From the NCBI GenBank assembly GCA_031416315.1, contig JANOTL010000061.1, positions 1 to 64,000 on the forward strand: 64,000 nucleotides of DNA. Direction: 5' to 3'. Numbering within the stretch: position 1 is the first letter of the stretch; each line of letters begins with the position of its first letter. The notes under the pieces were generated by a model, which was not told the origin of the DNA, ran no database searches, and worked only from the letters and a program-made list of their open reading frames with translations. Of the stretch, positions 47,257-57,239 are shown piece by piece. The position numbers were made by a program, and so were the translations under genes. This DNA is from Pseudomonadota bacterium. GTDB taxonomy: Bacteria; Bdellovibrionota_B; Oligoflexia; Oligoflexales; CAIYRB01.

Positions 47257-49143
47257 TCACGAAAAGAGCGGCCGACCCTCGTGCGCGCCATTCCATGAGA
47301 TGGCGTGCGCCGCGCCAAGAGGCCTGAAAGACAGCCCTTCGCGCTTGGCGGCCCCTAAAGTTTGGGGGCTTGCCGTCAGCGTGCCGATCGTGCTCATAAA
47401 TGACAGACTTGCGTTTTGCGGCAAAAACAACGGCAAGCAATAGGCGCGTCGCGCCAGCATCTCTCGACACGGCGTGCGCGTCACCGCGACCAAAGGCGCG
47501 CCCGGTTCTTGCGGCAAGATCAGCTCGAACCCCAATCGCTCGAAGCGCGCGCGCTCGATCTCCATGCCGAGCCGCACGTCGAGCGGCAAGCTCGGCCACC
47601 CGTGCAAAGCCCGCGTCGCCGCGCCCAGGTTTCGCGCCAGCGCGGGCGCGTCGGCGCTTTCACCGATCACCACGGCGAGCCGCGTCGAGACGCACCCGGC
47701 TTGGCTCAAGCTGAACGCGTCGCGCGCCAGTTGCACGGCCACCGCAGGATCTTGCGTCTCGGCCGCGCTCAAGAGCGCGACGCCCGCGCGCTCGCCGAAC
47801 CCGACGACGGGTTTTCCGCTCGCCGCCTCGATCGCCGCGATCGTCTCGTCGCTCCCGAACGCCAGGATCGCGTCGAAGCGCTCGACGTCGGCGGGCGACG
47901 CGATCCGAAACGCGGTGTCCAAACGCGCCACTTCCGGAAAGAGCGCCAAGTATGCTTCGAGAAAAATCGACGGCGTCTGCCGCACCGTGACGTCGAGCCC
48001 GGCCGCGACGCCCATCGCGATCGGATGCAGCCCGGCGATCGAGTGGCTCCGCGGCAGCACGAAAAGCCAGCGCTGCGGCGCGCTGGAGCCGACGGCCCTC
48101 GCGGCTGCCTCGGACCAAGCCGCATCCGAAGTCGGCAACGAGGCGCGCACGTCTTCGACCGTCGCCCGCGCGAGATCTCGACTTCCTAGCTCCTGCGCGA
48201 GCAGGCTCTCCGCTTCGGCGGCGAAAAACCCTTCGACCCTCGCCCGCACCGAAACGCCAGTCGATCGCGTGCGCGGACGGGCCGCGACGATCCGCGTGCT
48301 CCTCTTCGCCACGATCTCTTCAGCCAGCAATGAGCACCCTTTCAACGGAGCTCCGCGTGCCCGGCCCAGGAGGCGAAAGCTGCCATCGGCGAAAACTTCG
48401 GCCATGTCCTCGGTTCGAATCGCCGCCCCTAAGACGTCGATCCGTTTTGGATCGCCGACCACGAGCAAGCCGATGCCCGTCGCCTCAACGACACCCGGCC
48501 CCGTCGCGACGCCGGTCTCGACCCAAGTCGGAAACCGGAACACTCGTTCTTCGAGGCGGCCCCAGTCATAGGCCTGACTCGCCAGCTCGCACATTCCGTA
48601 TTCGCTGACGATCCGCTCTAAGGGAACACCGAAGACCCGCTCCAGATCTTCATAGAGCGCGCCGCGCTCGACGCTGCGTGATTTTCCCTTGGTCCCGCCC
48701 GTCTCGATGATCAAGCTGCCTGGCGGAAGCTTCGTCCCCAGTCCCGCATCGATCGAATTCACGAAGTGGAACGCCGTCCCGAACACCCAAACGGGCGTCG
48801 CGAGATCCGGCGGCACCGACTCGACGTAACGGACGACCCGCTCCTCGGCGATCCACGCGACCATCTGCGCCAGGCTGCTTTCGGGCCAATCCGTGACCGG
48901 TGGGATCAAGCTGATCCCCGGCACCTCAGCCCCGACCCCGAGCTGCGTCAACATGGCGGCAAAGGCGGCGAGCGCGCCCTCGCGATAAGCCGCGATCCCT
49001 GCAGCCGAAAAATCGGCCGCCGAGCGCAGGTCCCCCCCTGCCGTCGTCCCGCTGGAGCGGAAGCGTCGGACGCCCTCGGGCCGCGCGTCGGGCGGTCGCG
49101 CCGGACGGAAGCTCTCGATCGGCAAGATCCTGCTGTTTTTCAT
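47257..49143 (-). CDS. LuxE-like acyl-protein synthetase fused to LuxC-like acyl-CoA reductase
   Basis: FRSSGTT, IETGGTKG, SEYGMCELASQAY, IRTED, LLGR...KGCSL (LuxE) followed by AFGSDETI and SQAGCVS (LuxC). ATG 49143. Confidence 0.8.
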   Translation of the reverse strand: MKNSRILPIESFRPARPPDARPEGVRRFRSSGTTAGGDLRSAADFSAAGIAAYREGALAAFAAMLTQLGVGAEVPGISLIPPVTDWPESSLAQMVAWIAEERVVRYVESVPPDLATPVWVFGTAFHFVNSIDAGLGTKLPPGSLIIETGGTKGKSRSVERGALYEDLERVFGVPLERIVSEYGMCELASQAYDWGRLEERVFRFPTWVETGVATGPGVVEATGIGLLVVGDPKRIDVLGAAIRTEDMAEVFADGSFRLLGRARGAPLKGCSLLAEEIVAKRSTRIVAARPRTRSTGVSVRARVEGFFAAEAESLLAQELGSRDLARATVEDVRASLPTSDAAWSEAAARAVGSSAPQRWLFVLPRSHSIAGLHPIAMGVAAGLDVTVRQTPSIFLEAYLALFPEVARLDTAFRIASPADVERFDAILAFGSDETIAAIEAASGKPVVGFGERAGVALLSAAETQDPAVAVQLARDAFSLSQAGCVSTRLAVVIGESADAPALARNLGAATRALHGWPSLPLDVRLGMEIERARFERLGFELILPQEPGAPLVAVTRTPCREMLARRAYCLPLFLPQNASLSFMSTIGTLTASPQTLGAAKREGLSFRPLGAAHAISWNGAHEGRPLFS

Positions 49144-49275
49144 GAGGTTTCTGCCGTCCCGCCGGCATGGAAAAGCACTTGGCCGGCGGCAAGATCCGCA
49201 GGTATAACGGGAGATCGCTGTCACTGTCCATCTTGTAAGCAGCTTGCGGAACGGCTCCCAGGTGCGAGGCTCGCC

Positions 49276-50088
49276 ATGAGCTCCGATTACTTCGTCAAAA
49301 CCGATCATTTCGAAGGTCCGCTCGATCTCCTCCTGCACCTGATCCGGGTGCACGAGATCGACATCTTCGCGATCGACGTCTTCCTTTTGACGCGCGAGTA
49401 CCTCAATTACTTGCGACTCATGAAGTTCGAGGACCTGCAGCAGGCCGGCGAGTTCCTCGAGATGGCGGCGACGCTCATCGAGATCAAGACGCGCATGCTG
49501 CTCCCCCATGACGAGAAGGCGGCCGGCGACGACGGCATGGAAGAGGACGATCCGGTCCGCACCCTCCAAGAGCGCCTGATTCAGCACGAGACCTTTCGCA
49601 ATCTCGCCGACCATCTGTCGCAAATGCCGCAAATGGGCGTCGAGATCCAAACGAACCAGGAATGGGCGCGTCTCGGTCCCGAGTACGAGAACATCGAAGC
49701 GCCGCTCACGGGCGAGGCCGCGACTCTCGTCGTCCTCTACGAGCAAATGCTCCGCCAGCTCTCCGAGCGCAAGAAGACGTCGGTGACGGCGAAGCTCCAC
49801 ATGATCACGGTCGAAGACACGATCGAGAAGCTCGCCAAAGACCTCGAGCAGATCAAATACACGCTGTTTCAAGGCATGTTCAACGTCTTCCAGAATCGCT
49901 ACGAATTCGTGGTCCACATCCTCGCGATGCTGGAGCTCGTCAAAATGAAGAAGATCAACTTGTATCAGCAGGAAATGATGGGGCCGATCTGGATGTATCG
50001 CGCCGATCTCGACGAGACCATCTTGCCGCTGGACCGCGCCACGCCGCACTACGTAGGCCCTGAAGGGGCGGAGGTCGTAGAATCTTGA
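49276..50088 (+). CDS. scpA: Segregation and condensation protein A
   Basis: FEGPLDLLLHLI, EFLEMAATLIEIKTRMLLP, LAMLELVK. Confidence 0.93.
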   Translation: MSSDYFVKTDHFEGPLDLLLHLIRVHEIDIFAIDVFLLTREYLNYLRLMKFEDLQQAGEFLEMAATLIEIKTRMLLPHDEKAAGDDGMEEDDPVRTLQERLIQHETFRNLADHLSQMPQMGVEIQTNQEWARLGPEYENIEAPLTGEAATLVVLYEQMLRQLSERKKTSVTAKLHMITVEDTIEKLAKDLEQIKYTLFQGMFNVFQNRYEFVVHILAMLELVKMKKINLYQQEMMGPIWMYRADLDETILPLDRATPHYVGPEGAEVVES

Positions 50089-51059
50089 GCCACGATCACG
50101 AAGAGCCCGAGGCGCCGGAAACTCCGGAATCCGCCGCAACCGAGAACGATCCCCTGGTCCTCGGCGAAGAGATCGACCCCGCCGAAGCCCTCGGCGAGTT
50201 CGCCGACTACGACCACCACGAGAACGACGACGACCATCCCGAGCCCGCCGTCGAGGGCGACGGTCGCGAGACCCCGAAAGAGCGCGCGCTCGCTAACATG
50301 CGCCTCGAGGCCAGGGTCGAGTCGATCATCTTCGCCTCGAACAAGCCGCTGAAAGCCGCCGAGCTCGTCGAGCTCGTCAGCGACAAGGCCGTCACTGAAG
50401 AGCACGTGCAGGACTGTCTCGACAACCTCGTCGATTTCTATGCCGAGCGCCAAGGCGGCTTCCGCCTGCACTACCTGAAGCGCATGGGTTACCAGTTTCA
50501 GACCGCCGACCAGGCGGCCGCGATCATGGAGCGCATGTTCGCCTCGCGCCCGCGTCCGATCAGCCGCGCCGCCCTGGAAACCCTGGCCATCATCGCCTAC
50601 CGTCAGCCCTGCACCCGGGCCGAGGTCGAGTTCATCCGGGGGGTCGACGCCGGCTCGATCTTCAAGACGCTCCTCGAGCGGGGCCTGATCAAGTGCACCG
50701 GCCGCAAGGAAATCATCGGCCGCCCGATGCTCTTCGGCACCAACGACGAATTCCTCAAAGTCTTCAATCTCTCGAGTATCAAGGACTTGCCGCCGCTGGA
50801 GGCCTTCCAGCCTTCGCGCGACGTCATGCAAGGCGCCATGGACCGCATTGATGAAGGCGGCGACGACGGAGAGCTCGTTGACGTCGAGCAGTACATCGCC
50901 GATAACGCCGATCTCACGACCTTCGACGAAGATTTAGGGGACGCGCCGGAAGAGGGCGCCTCCAAGGAGCAGACCGACCATGGAATTGATGCGCATCCAG
51001 AAGTGGCTTTCCCAGATGGGCCTCTTGAGCCGCCGGGAGGCGGAGAGCTGGATCACTGA
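50085..51059 (+). CDS. scpB: Segregation and condensation protein B with acidic terminal extensions
   Basis: ESIIFAS, SRAALETLAIIAYRQP.TRAE..IRGV, GRPMLFGT..FL..F.L. Confidence 0.93.
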   Translation: MSHDHEEPEAPETPESAATENDPLVLGEEIDPAEALGEFADYDHHENDDDHPEPAVEGDGRETPKERALANMRLEARVESIIFASNKPLKAAELVELVSDKAVTEEHVQDCLDNLVDFYAERQGGFRLHYLKRMGYQFQTADQAAAIMERMFASRPRPISRAALETLAIIAYRQPCTRAEVEFIRGVDAGSIFKTLLERGLIKCTGRKEIIGRPMLFGTNDEFLKVFNLSSIKDLPPLEAFQPSRDVMQGAMDRIDEGGDDGELVDVEQYIADNADLTTFDEDLGDAPEEGASKEQTDHGIDAHPEVAFPDGPLEPPGGGELDH

Positions 51060-51729
51060 CGGCCGCGTCGCCGTCAACGGCAAGGTCGTGACCGAGCTCG
51101 GGACGAAGATCACGCCCGGGGTCGACGAGGTGGCCCTCGACGGCAAGCCGGTCACCAAGGCGCCGCCGCCGCGGGTTTACTGGCTCTTGCACAAACCGGA
51201 CGAAGTGCTGACCGCGCGTCAGGACGGCTTCCAGCGCACGACGATCTACGATCTTCCTGCGCTGAAGAAGCTGCCTTTCCTCATCGCGCCGGTCGGCCGC
51301 CTCGACTATCGCACTGAGGGGCTCCTCCTCCTCACCAACGACGGCGAGATGGCGAATCGCCTTTGCCATCCGAAGTACAAAGTGCCGCGTCAATATCACG
51401 TGCTGATCATCGGCAAGCTGACCAACGACGAGGAAAACGCGATCCGTCGCGGCGTCGACCTCGAGGACGGCCCGTCCGGCAAGACCGACCTCCGTTATGC
51501 GCACGGCAAGAACCTTGGCCAGTCGCGCGGCAGCTGGTACGTCGTCACCGTGCACGAAGGCCGCAACCGCTTGGTTCGCCGGCTCTTTGAGCACTTCAAT
51601 CACAAGGTCGTGCGTCTCATCCGCGTTTCCTTCGGCGACCTCACCTTGCCCGAGAGCCTGAAGCCGGGCGAATATCTGCAGCTGAACTCCGATCAGATCG
51701 TTTCACTGAAAAGGGCGACCGATCTATGA
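50980..51729 (+). CDS. rluB: 23S rRNA pseudouridine synthase (RluB/RsuA family)
   Basis: S4 domain (SRREAE..I..GRV.VNG), GRLD, EGLLLLTNDG, EGRNR; canonical position after scpAB. Confidence 0.88.
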   Translation: MELMRIQKWLSQMGLLSRREAESWITDGRVAVNGKVVTELGTKITPGVDEVALDGKPVTKAPPPRVYWLLHKPDEVLTARQDGFQRTTIYDLPALKKLPFLIAPVGRLDYRTEGLLLLTNDGEMANRLCHPKYKVPRQYHVLIIGKLTNDEENAIRRGVDLEDGPSGKTDLRYAHGKNLGQSRGSWYVVTVHEGRNRLVRRLFEHFNHKVVRLIRVSFGDLTLPESLKPGEYLQLNSDQIVSLKRATDL

Positions 51730-52700
51730 AGCTTGCGACTCGCAAGAACGGCACCCGTGACGGCCAGCTCGTCGTCGTCAGCCCGGACGGCGCCACCTGC
51801 GCGCCCGCGACCGACGTCGCGCCGAACCTGCAAGCGGCGCTCGACGCCTGGGACGCGGCTGAGCCGAAGCTGCGCAAGATTTCCGAAGCGCTTGCGAATG
51901 GCACGCGCAAAGGCGAGCCCCTCGATCCAAAATCGGTGCTCGCGCCGCTGCCGCGCGCCTACGAATGGGTCGACGGCTCCGCTTACATCAACCACATCGT
52001 CCTGGTCCGCAAGGCGCGCGGCGCCGAGCCGCCGCCGACGCTCCGCACCGAGCCGCTCGTCTACCAAGGCGGCTCGAGCGAGATGTTAGCCCCGCTTTCC
52101 CCGATCAAATTGGCCGACGAAGCCTGGGGCTGCGATTTCGAGTCGGAAGTCTGCGTCATCCTCGGCGACGTCCCGCAAGGCACGAAGAAGACCGAAGCCG
52201 CGAAATACGTGCGCCTCGTCACCATCGTGAACGACGTCTCGCTGCGCAACCTCATCCCGGCGGAGCTGGAAAAAGGCTTCGGCTTCTTCCAGTCGAAGCC
52301 GGCGACCGCTTTCGCGCCCTTCGCCGTCACGCCTGACGAGCTCGGCGAGAATTGGCAAGACTTGCGCATGCACCTTCCGCTCGTAACGAAGCTGAACGGC
52401 ACCGTCTTCGGCAATCCCGAAGCCGGCAAAGAGATGCACTTCAACTTCGGCGAGATCCTCGAGCACGTCGCGAAGACGCGCAGCTTCACCGCCGGCACCA
52501 TCCTCGGCTCCGGCACCGTCTCGAACGAAGACCGCTCGCGCGGCTCTTCTTGCATCGTCGAACGCCGTATGATCGAGAAGATCGACACTGGCACGATGAC
52601 GACGCCCTTTTTGAAATACGGCGACCGCGTCGAGATCGAGATGCACGACAAGGCCGGAAAGACGGTCTTCGGCAAGATCGACCAGATTGTAACAAAATGA
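51726..52700 (+). CDS. Fumarylacetoacetate hydrolase family protein
   Basis: MKLAT..NGTRDG, APLPRAYEWVDGSAY, DFESE, NDVSLR, FQSKP, GSGTVSN. Confidence 0.9.
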   Translation: MKLATRKNGTRDGQLVVVSPDGATCAPATDVAPNLQAALDAWDAAEPKLRKISEALANGTRKGEPLDPKSVLAPLPRAYEWVDGSAYINHIVLVRKARGAEPPPTLRTEPLVYQGGSSEMLAPLSPIKLADEAWGCDFESEVCVILGDVPQGTKKTEAAKYVRLVTIVNDVSLRNLIPAELEKGFGFFQSKPATAFAPFAVTPDELGENWQDLRMHLPLVTKLNGTVFGNPEAGKEMHFNFGEILEHVAKTRSFTAGTILGSGTVSNEDRSRGSSCIVERRMIEKIDTGTMTTPFLKYGDRVEIEMHDKAGKTVFGKIDQIVTK

Positions 52701-52742
52701 ACTTGCAGAAGAATTAGCTAATTCTTCTCAAGTTCCCAATTT

Positions 52743-52771
52743 GCCTCCCGATCTACCGACGGGAGGCTTTT
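52743..52771 (+). terminator. Intrinsic terminator-like hairpin containing the downstream SD
   Basis: GCCTCCCG-N9-CGGGAGGC-TTTT immediately before ATG 52773. Confidence 0.55.
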
Positions 52772-52772
52772 C

Positions 52773-54968
52773 ATGCCCGTGCTTCGCAAAGCTCTGTTTG
52801 TCGCCCTCGCCGCCGTGGGCGTCGCCCTCGCCGCGTTCGCTTTCTTCGTCGGCACGAGCCCAGGCCGCCGGCTCGCCCTTTGTCCCGTCGTCGAGTCCGT
52901 GCGCGCGCCTTTCCTCAAAGGCGAAGGCGTGGCGGAGAAGCTCGCTTTCACCGCTTTGCAGCGCTCCCCTTCCCTTCCCGAGCCGCACGCCCGCTGGACC
53001 TTCCGCAACGTTCGCGACGACCTTGTCATCCCGCTCCCGCCCGGAGATTGGATCGGACCCGAGACTTCCAACGAACCCACCGGCTCGATTCTCGCCCTGT
53101 CGAATGGACCGACGCAGCAAGTGATGGTCATGGCGCTGCCCGAGATCAAAGCGCTGATCAAGAACGATCTCCTCGCCGCGTTCGCCGACACCCTCGCCTC
53201 GCGCCTCGGCGGCTGGCACGGCGCCGCCGCAAAGGCCTTTCGTCGAGACCTCTCACTCGCCTGCGACGGCGCCCAAACTCCGGCGCGCATGGCCGAGAAC
53301 ATCGTCCTTTTGGGCTTGAAATCGCTCGTCCCTGACCAGATCGTTCGCGCGCGTGTCAGCGAGGACGGCCGCTCGGTCGCCGCGCTCCTCGACGTCGGCG
53401 AAAAAGGCTACGCCGCCGTCCGCATTCTGAGCGTGAACGCGAAAGACTACCTTTACGCGTTCGTCTCCGCCGATCGAGCGCTCGCCGAGACGGCGCTGGC
53501 ACAGTCGGCCTTGATGACGCGCATGGAGCTCGAGACGACGGAGACGGAGGACGACCGCATCGTCAAAATGCTCGAGGAAAAGCGCTACGAGGAATACGCG
53601 CTCCTTCTCGCGGAGAGCTGCGCCGCAGGCAATTGCCGCGACGTCACGGGCACGCTCAACGCCGACGAGTTTCAAGACGAGGTCATCGCGCAAGCCATCA
53701 TCAACGCGTGCATTGCGCACCAGACCGACGCATGTACCATCGCCTGGGCGAACCTCGAAACCGAGAAGTCGATCTCGAGCCGCTCGGCCTTCGTCTCTGC
53801 CGTCTGTGCCGAGGCGTCGATGGCCGACAACCTCGCGGCCTGCGCCGAGGAGCAAATTTTTGCGCTGAAGGGCGGCCACGTGGCCGCATTCGACGCACTC
53901 GTTGCCAAGCAGATCGCCGCCGATCCCAACTGGGATTTCCAGTACCTCGTGCAGGTCGCGGAAGAATCGCCCGACGTCGTGGCGCCCTTGCGCCGGTCGA
54001 TCGAGCGCCACTGCGAAGAAATCGGCACCCACGCCGCGTGCTCCTACCTCATGGTCGTCTCCGACTCTTCCGCGCTCAATGCCCGCTGGCTAAAATCAGG
54101 TTGCGCGAGCGGCGTCGAGGAATACTGCGAGACGATCGCCGATGAAATTCTCTTTGACGAGACCAGGCCGCGGCCGAAGCGTATCGCAGAGCTGCGTGAG
54201 TTGTGCGCTGCGCCGCATCCCGCGGCGTGCACCGATCTCGTCTCGCTCTTAATCGAAGACGGAAAGGACGCTGAAGCCCGCCCACTCATCGAAAAGGGCT
54301 GCCCCGGCCGCGACCATAACGGAGTCGGCACGTGCGAGCACCTGATGGCCATCGCCTCCGAGGCTAAGGATGAAGCCACACTCGCGCGGATCGAGGAAGC
54401 GCTGTGTCCCGTGGAAAGGGGCGAATACTTCGGCTGCAACGCCGTTCGCCACCACTTCGAGCTCGCAGGCGACAAGAACCGCGCCCTTCGCGCTGAAGAG
54501 CGCGGCTGCCTCGGCGGCGTAACGATGCAATGCTTCCCCGTCTGGAGCGCGATCCGCAAAAATGCTTACATTGCGAGCCCCGAATACCTCGCCCACGTCG
54601 CCGGCAGCGAGGCAGAGCTCACGACCCGCTCGTACCTCGGGTCGCAGCGCGTCGTCACCTTCGCAGCGCCCCTAGAGAAAAGCGCCGCCGTCGTGACCCT
54701 GATCGAAGTTTTGATGACTGAGCCGACCGTCCGAGTGCTTCTCCAAGGCTTCGACGAATCCGGCGAAGCTTCCCTCAAGCACGCAAAGGCCGTCGAAGCC
54801 CATCTTCTGAGCCAGGGCGTCGCGGCCGACCGCATCGAGACCGCGGGCCTCGGCCAAAGCATCCCCGACCGCGGGCCGCTCTTTCGTTCGGAAGCGGACC
54901 GTAAGAAGGCGGCCTCCGTCGAGCCGGTCATCCTCGATTCCTCCGGAGCTTCCGCCCCAGCGCACTGA
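52773..54968 (+). CDS. Membrane-anchored protein with Cys-paired Sel1/Hcp-like repeats and degenerate OmpA-like C-terminus
   Basis: N-terminal TM; repeated (G/L)C-x6-9-(A)C helical units; C-terminal AKAVEAHLLSQGVAADRIETAGLG. Confidence 0.65.
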   Translation: MPVLRKALFVALAAVGVALAAFAFFVGTSPGRRLALCPVVESVRAPFLKGEGVAEKLAFTALQRSPSLPEPHARWTFRNVRDDLVIPLPPGDWIGPETSNEPTGSILALSNGPTQQVMVMALPEIKALIKNDLLAAFADTLASRLGGWHGAAAKAFRRDLSLACDGAQTPARMAENIVLLGLKSLVPDQIVRARVSEDGRSVAALLDVGEKGYAAVRILSVNAKDYLYAFVSADRALAETALAQSALMTRMELETTETEDDRIVKMLEEKRYEEYALLLAESCAAGNCRDVTGTLNADEFQDEVIAQAIINACIAHQTDACTIAWANLETEKSISSRSAFVSAVCAEASMADNLAACAEEQIFALKGGHVAAFDALVAKQIAADPNWDFQYLVQVAEESPDVVAPLRRSIERHCEEIGTHAACSYLMVVSDSSALNARWLKSGCASGVEEYCETIADEILFDETRPRPKRIAELRELCAAPHPAACTDLVSLLIEDGKDAEARPLIEKGCPGRDHNGVGTCEHLMAIASEAKDEATLARIEEALCPVERGEYFGCNAVRHHFELAGDKNRALRAEERGCLGGVTMQCFPVWSAIRKNAYIASPEYLAHVAGSEAELTTRSYLGSQRVVTFAAPLEKSAAVVTLIEVLMTEPTVRVLLQGFDESGEASLKHAKAVEAHLLSQGVAADRIETAGLGQSIPDRGPLFRSEADRKKAASVEPVILDSSGASAPAH

Positions 54969-54985
54969 GGCGTATAGTTACGCCT

Positions 54986-55783
54986 ATGAAAGTCTTCATC
55001 TCCGCAGACATCGAAGGCGTCACCGGCATCACGTCCCCGGACGAGGCCAATCCCGATCACCGCGACGTCGGCTATTTCCAAGAGCAGATGACGCGCGAAG
55101 TGAAGGCGGCCTGCGACGGCGCCCTCGCCGCCGGCGCCAAAGAGATCTGGATCAAGGACGCGCACTGGACCGGCCGCAACATCGACGCCCGCAAGCTCCC
55201 CGAGTGTGTGCGCGTCATCCGCGGCTGGAGCGGCCATCCGTTTTCGATGATGCAGGAGCTCGACGACTCCTTCGCCGCCGTATTTTACGTCGGCTACCAC
55301 GCACGTGCCAACTCCGGCGGCAACCCGCTCGCACACACGATGTCGGGTCGCGTCGTGATGGAGCTGCGGATCAACGACCAGCCCGCGTCCGAATTTTTGC
55401 TGAATACCTACACCGCTGCGATGTGCAAAGTTCCCGTCGCCTTTTTGTCGGGGGACGAGGCGCTATGCGCCGAAGTTCGCGACTTTAACGAAAGCATCAA
55501 GACCGTCGCCACCTTCCGCGGCGTCGGCCAAAGCACGGTCAGCGTTCATCCCGAGGTCGGCGTTCGCCGAATCCGCGAGGTCAGCGAAGCCGCGCTGAAA
55601 AGCGTGCCGCGCCTGCGTCCCCTGCCGCCGGACTTCACGGTCGAGATCGACTACAAGCTGCCGCGCGAAGCCTATGGGAAGCAGTTCTTCCCCGGATGCG
55701 AGCTCGCGAAAGACGGTACCGTGCGCTTTCGCCACAAAGACTGGTTCGAGTGCCTGCGGATGATCCACTTCTGCGTGAAGTGA
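54986..55783 (+). CDS. dppA: D-aminopeptidase (M55)
   Basis: ISADIEG, DAH, GYHA, LAHT, SGD. Confidence 0.9.
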   Translation: MKVFISADIEGVTGITSPDEANPDHRDVGYFQEQMTREVKAACDGALAAGAKEIWIKDAHWTGRNIDARKLPECVRVIRGWSGHPFSMMQELDDSFAAVFYVGYHARANSGGNPLAHTMSGRVVMELRINDQPASEFLLNTYTAAMCKVPVAFLSGDEALCAEVRDFNESIKTVATFRGVGQSTVSVHPEVGVRRIREVSEAALKSVPRLRPLPPDFTVEIDYKLPREAYGKQFFPGCELAKDGTVRFRHKDWFECLRMIHFCVK

Positions 55784-55800
55784 ACCAAGGAGTCCGGGTG

Positions 55801-56442
55801 ATGCGGCGTCTGCTTTTCGTCGTTCTGTTGCTCTCGTCTGCGGCGCATGCCGAGGAGTTTCTCGGCGTCGAAGGGAAGAAGGACGCAGCGAACGCCGACG
55901 CGGCCTCCGTCGGCGGGACGAGCTCGACCAACACGGCCGCTCCACGCAACTCCGCCGCCTCGTCGGCTTCTGGCAACGGCGTCGAAGGTTGGCACGTCTT
56001 CGGCGGCGTCGGCGGCGGGCTCAGCGGTTTCTCCGGCGCGGTCACCTTGGGCTATTTCTTCAATAAATACATCAGCATCGACTCTACGATCGACTACGTC
56101 CGCCTCGACCGCAAGGATTACTCGTCGGAGCAATACGGTCCCGAGGTCGACCTCGTCATCCGCGGCGTCAACCCGACGCCGTTCACGCCATTCATGGGCG
56201 CAGGCCCTGGCTACACGATGTGGACGCGCTTGAAGGACAAAGAGCCGTACGACAAAGGCCAGAGCGCGATCGCGAGCGCCTTCGGCGGCATCGGCATCCG
56301 CCTGACGCGCCATTTCGGGCTGAGCGTGCAACGCCGCCGCACCGAGTATTTTCAGGACCCGCCGAAGACGTTCGCCGACGAAGAAACGCGGGAGCCGAAG
56401 TCCCGCGTTACGGATCAGATTGGTTTTACAGTGATGTTCTAG
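55801..56442 (+). CDS. Small outer-membrane beta-barrel protein
   Basis: Signal peptide ending AHA; LGYFF, PFMGAGPGY; terminal Phe. Confidence 0.7.
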   Translation: MRRLLFVVLLLSSAAHAEEFLGVEGKKDAANADAASVGGTSSTNTAAPRNSAASSASGNGVEGWHVFGGVGGGLSGFSGAVTLGYFFNKYISIDSTIDYVRLDRKDYSSEQYGPEVDLVIRGVNPTPFTPFMGAGPGYTMWTRLKDKEPYDKGQSAIASAFGGIGIRLTRHFGLSVQRRRTEYFQDPPKTFADEETREPKSRVTDQIGFTVMF

Positions 56443-56458
56443 ACGCGCGCGCCGCGTC

Positions 56459-57124
56459 TCACTTCCAAGGATTCTGCGTGCCGCCGCGCGACACGCCCGC
56501 ATCCGACATCGCGTCCATCGGCACGTACATGCCGTTGGCGAGCTTCAGGAAGCCGTTCTCCTCCCAGGTGACCGGGTGGTCGCCTTGCTCCAAGGAACGT
56601 ACCGGCGAGCCGCTGCCTGGCGCGCTGGTGACTGAGACGCCGCTGGTTTTCGCGTAGCGGACGCGTCCACCTGCGAGGGGAGCGCCGTCGGTCGGAGCCG
56701 CGGGAGCCGCGGCCGCGCCTGCGGCCGGATCCGGACCTGCCGGGGCCGCTTCCGGCGGCGGCGCCGGATTTTCTGGCGGCGTGTTCAAGGCCGGCGCTTC
56801 GCCCGTGCCTTGGTCGGGGGCTTCGTTGGCCAACGGAGCGTTGTCCTCGCCGCTTCCCTGCGTGTCGTCGTTGGTATCGTTGTTGACGTCTTCTCCGTTG
56901 TCGTTGGAGCTTTCGTCTTCCTGGTCTTCGGCCTGATTGCTGTCTTGGCCTTCGTCGTCCTGGACCGCCTGCTGGTTGCTGGCTTCTTCGTTGTTGGTCT
57001 CTTCCAGGATGTCGCCGTCCTCTTCCTGCTGCCCGGCGCAGCCATGGTTGAAGACGAGGGGAGAACCGACGACCGCAAGGGTCACCAGCGCACGACGAAT
57101 GATGGAACCGTAAATTGCGCTCAT
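56459..57124 (-). CDS. Probable lipoprotein with long acidic disordered linker and C-terminal SH3-like domain
   Basis: Signal ending NHGC; D/E/N-rich then P/A-rich linker; V.SAPGSGSPVRSLEQGD...GFLKL..GMYV; GGAGG SD. Confidence 0.65.
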   Translation of the reverse strand: MSAIYGSIIRRALVTLAVVGSPLVFNHGCAGQQEEDGDILEETNNEEASNQQAVQDDEGQDSNQAEDQEDESSNDNGEDVNNDTNDDTQGSGEDNAPLANEAPDQGTGEAPALNTPPENPAPPPEAAPAGPDPAAGAAAAPAAPTDGAPLAGGRVRYAKTSGVSVTSAPGSGSPVRSLEQGDHPVTWEENGFLKLANGMYVPMDAMSDAGVSRGGTQNPWK

Positions 57125-57153
57125 GGGGTGAAACCTCCGTGTTTCAAGACAGG

Positions 57154-57180
57154 GGATCGGCCGCGGGCGCTAAAAGTTTA
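57154..57180 (-). promoter_or_regulatory. Putative sigma28 promoter
   Basis: TAAA-N15-GCCGATCC on the minus strand, 30 nt upstream of ATG 57124. Confidence 0.65.
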
Positions 57181-57239
57181 ATCAGGCCGGGCAGATGCGG
57201 GCTCGGCATGATTGGTCGTTCGCAAAAATCGGCGGCCTT

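Noticed and set aside
47257..49143. Bioluminescence locus
   Set aside because: No luxA, luxB, luxD or luxG in the window.
49144..50139. N-terminal 332 aa of the 960-aa ORF at 47257..50139
   Set aside because: Mostly antisense to scpA; LuxE similarity only begins after ATG 49143.
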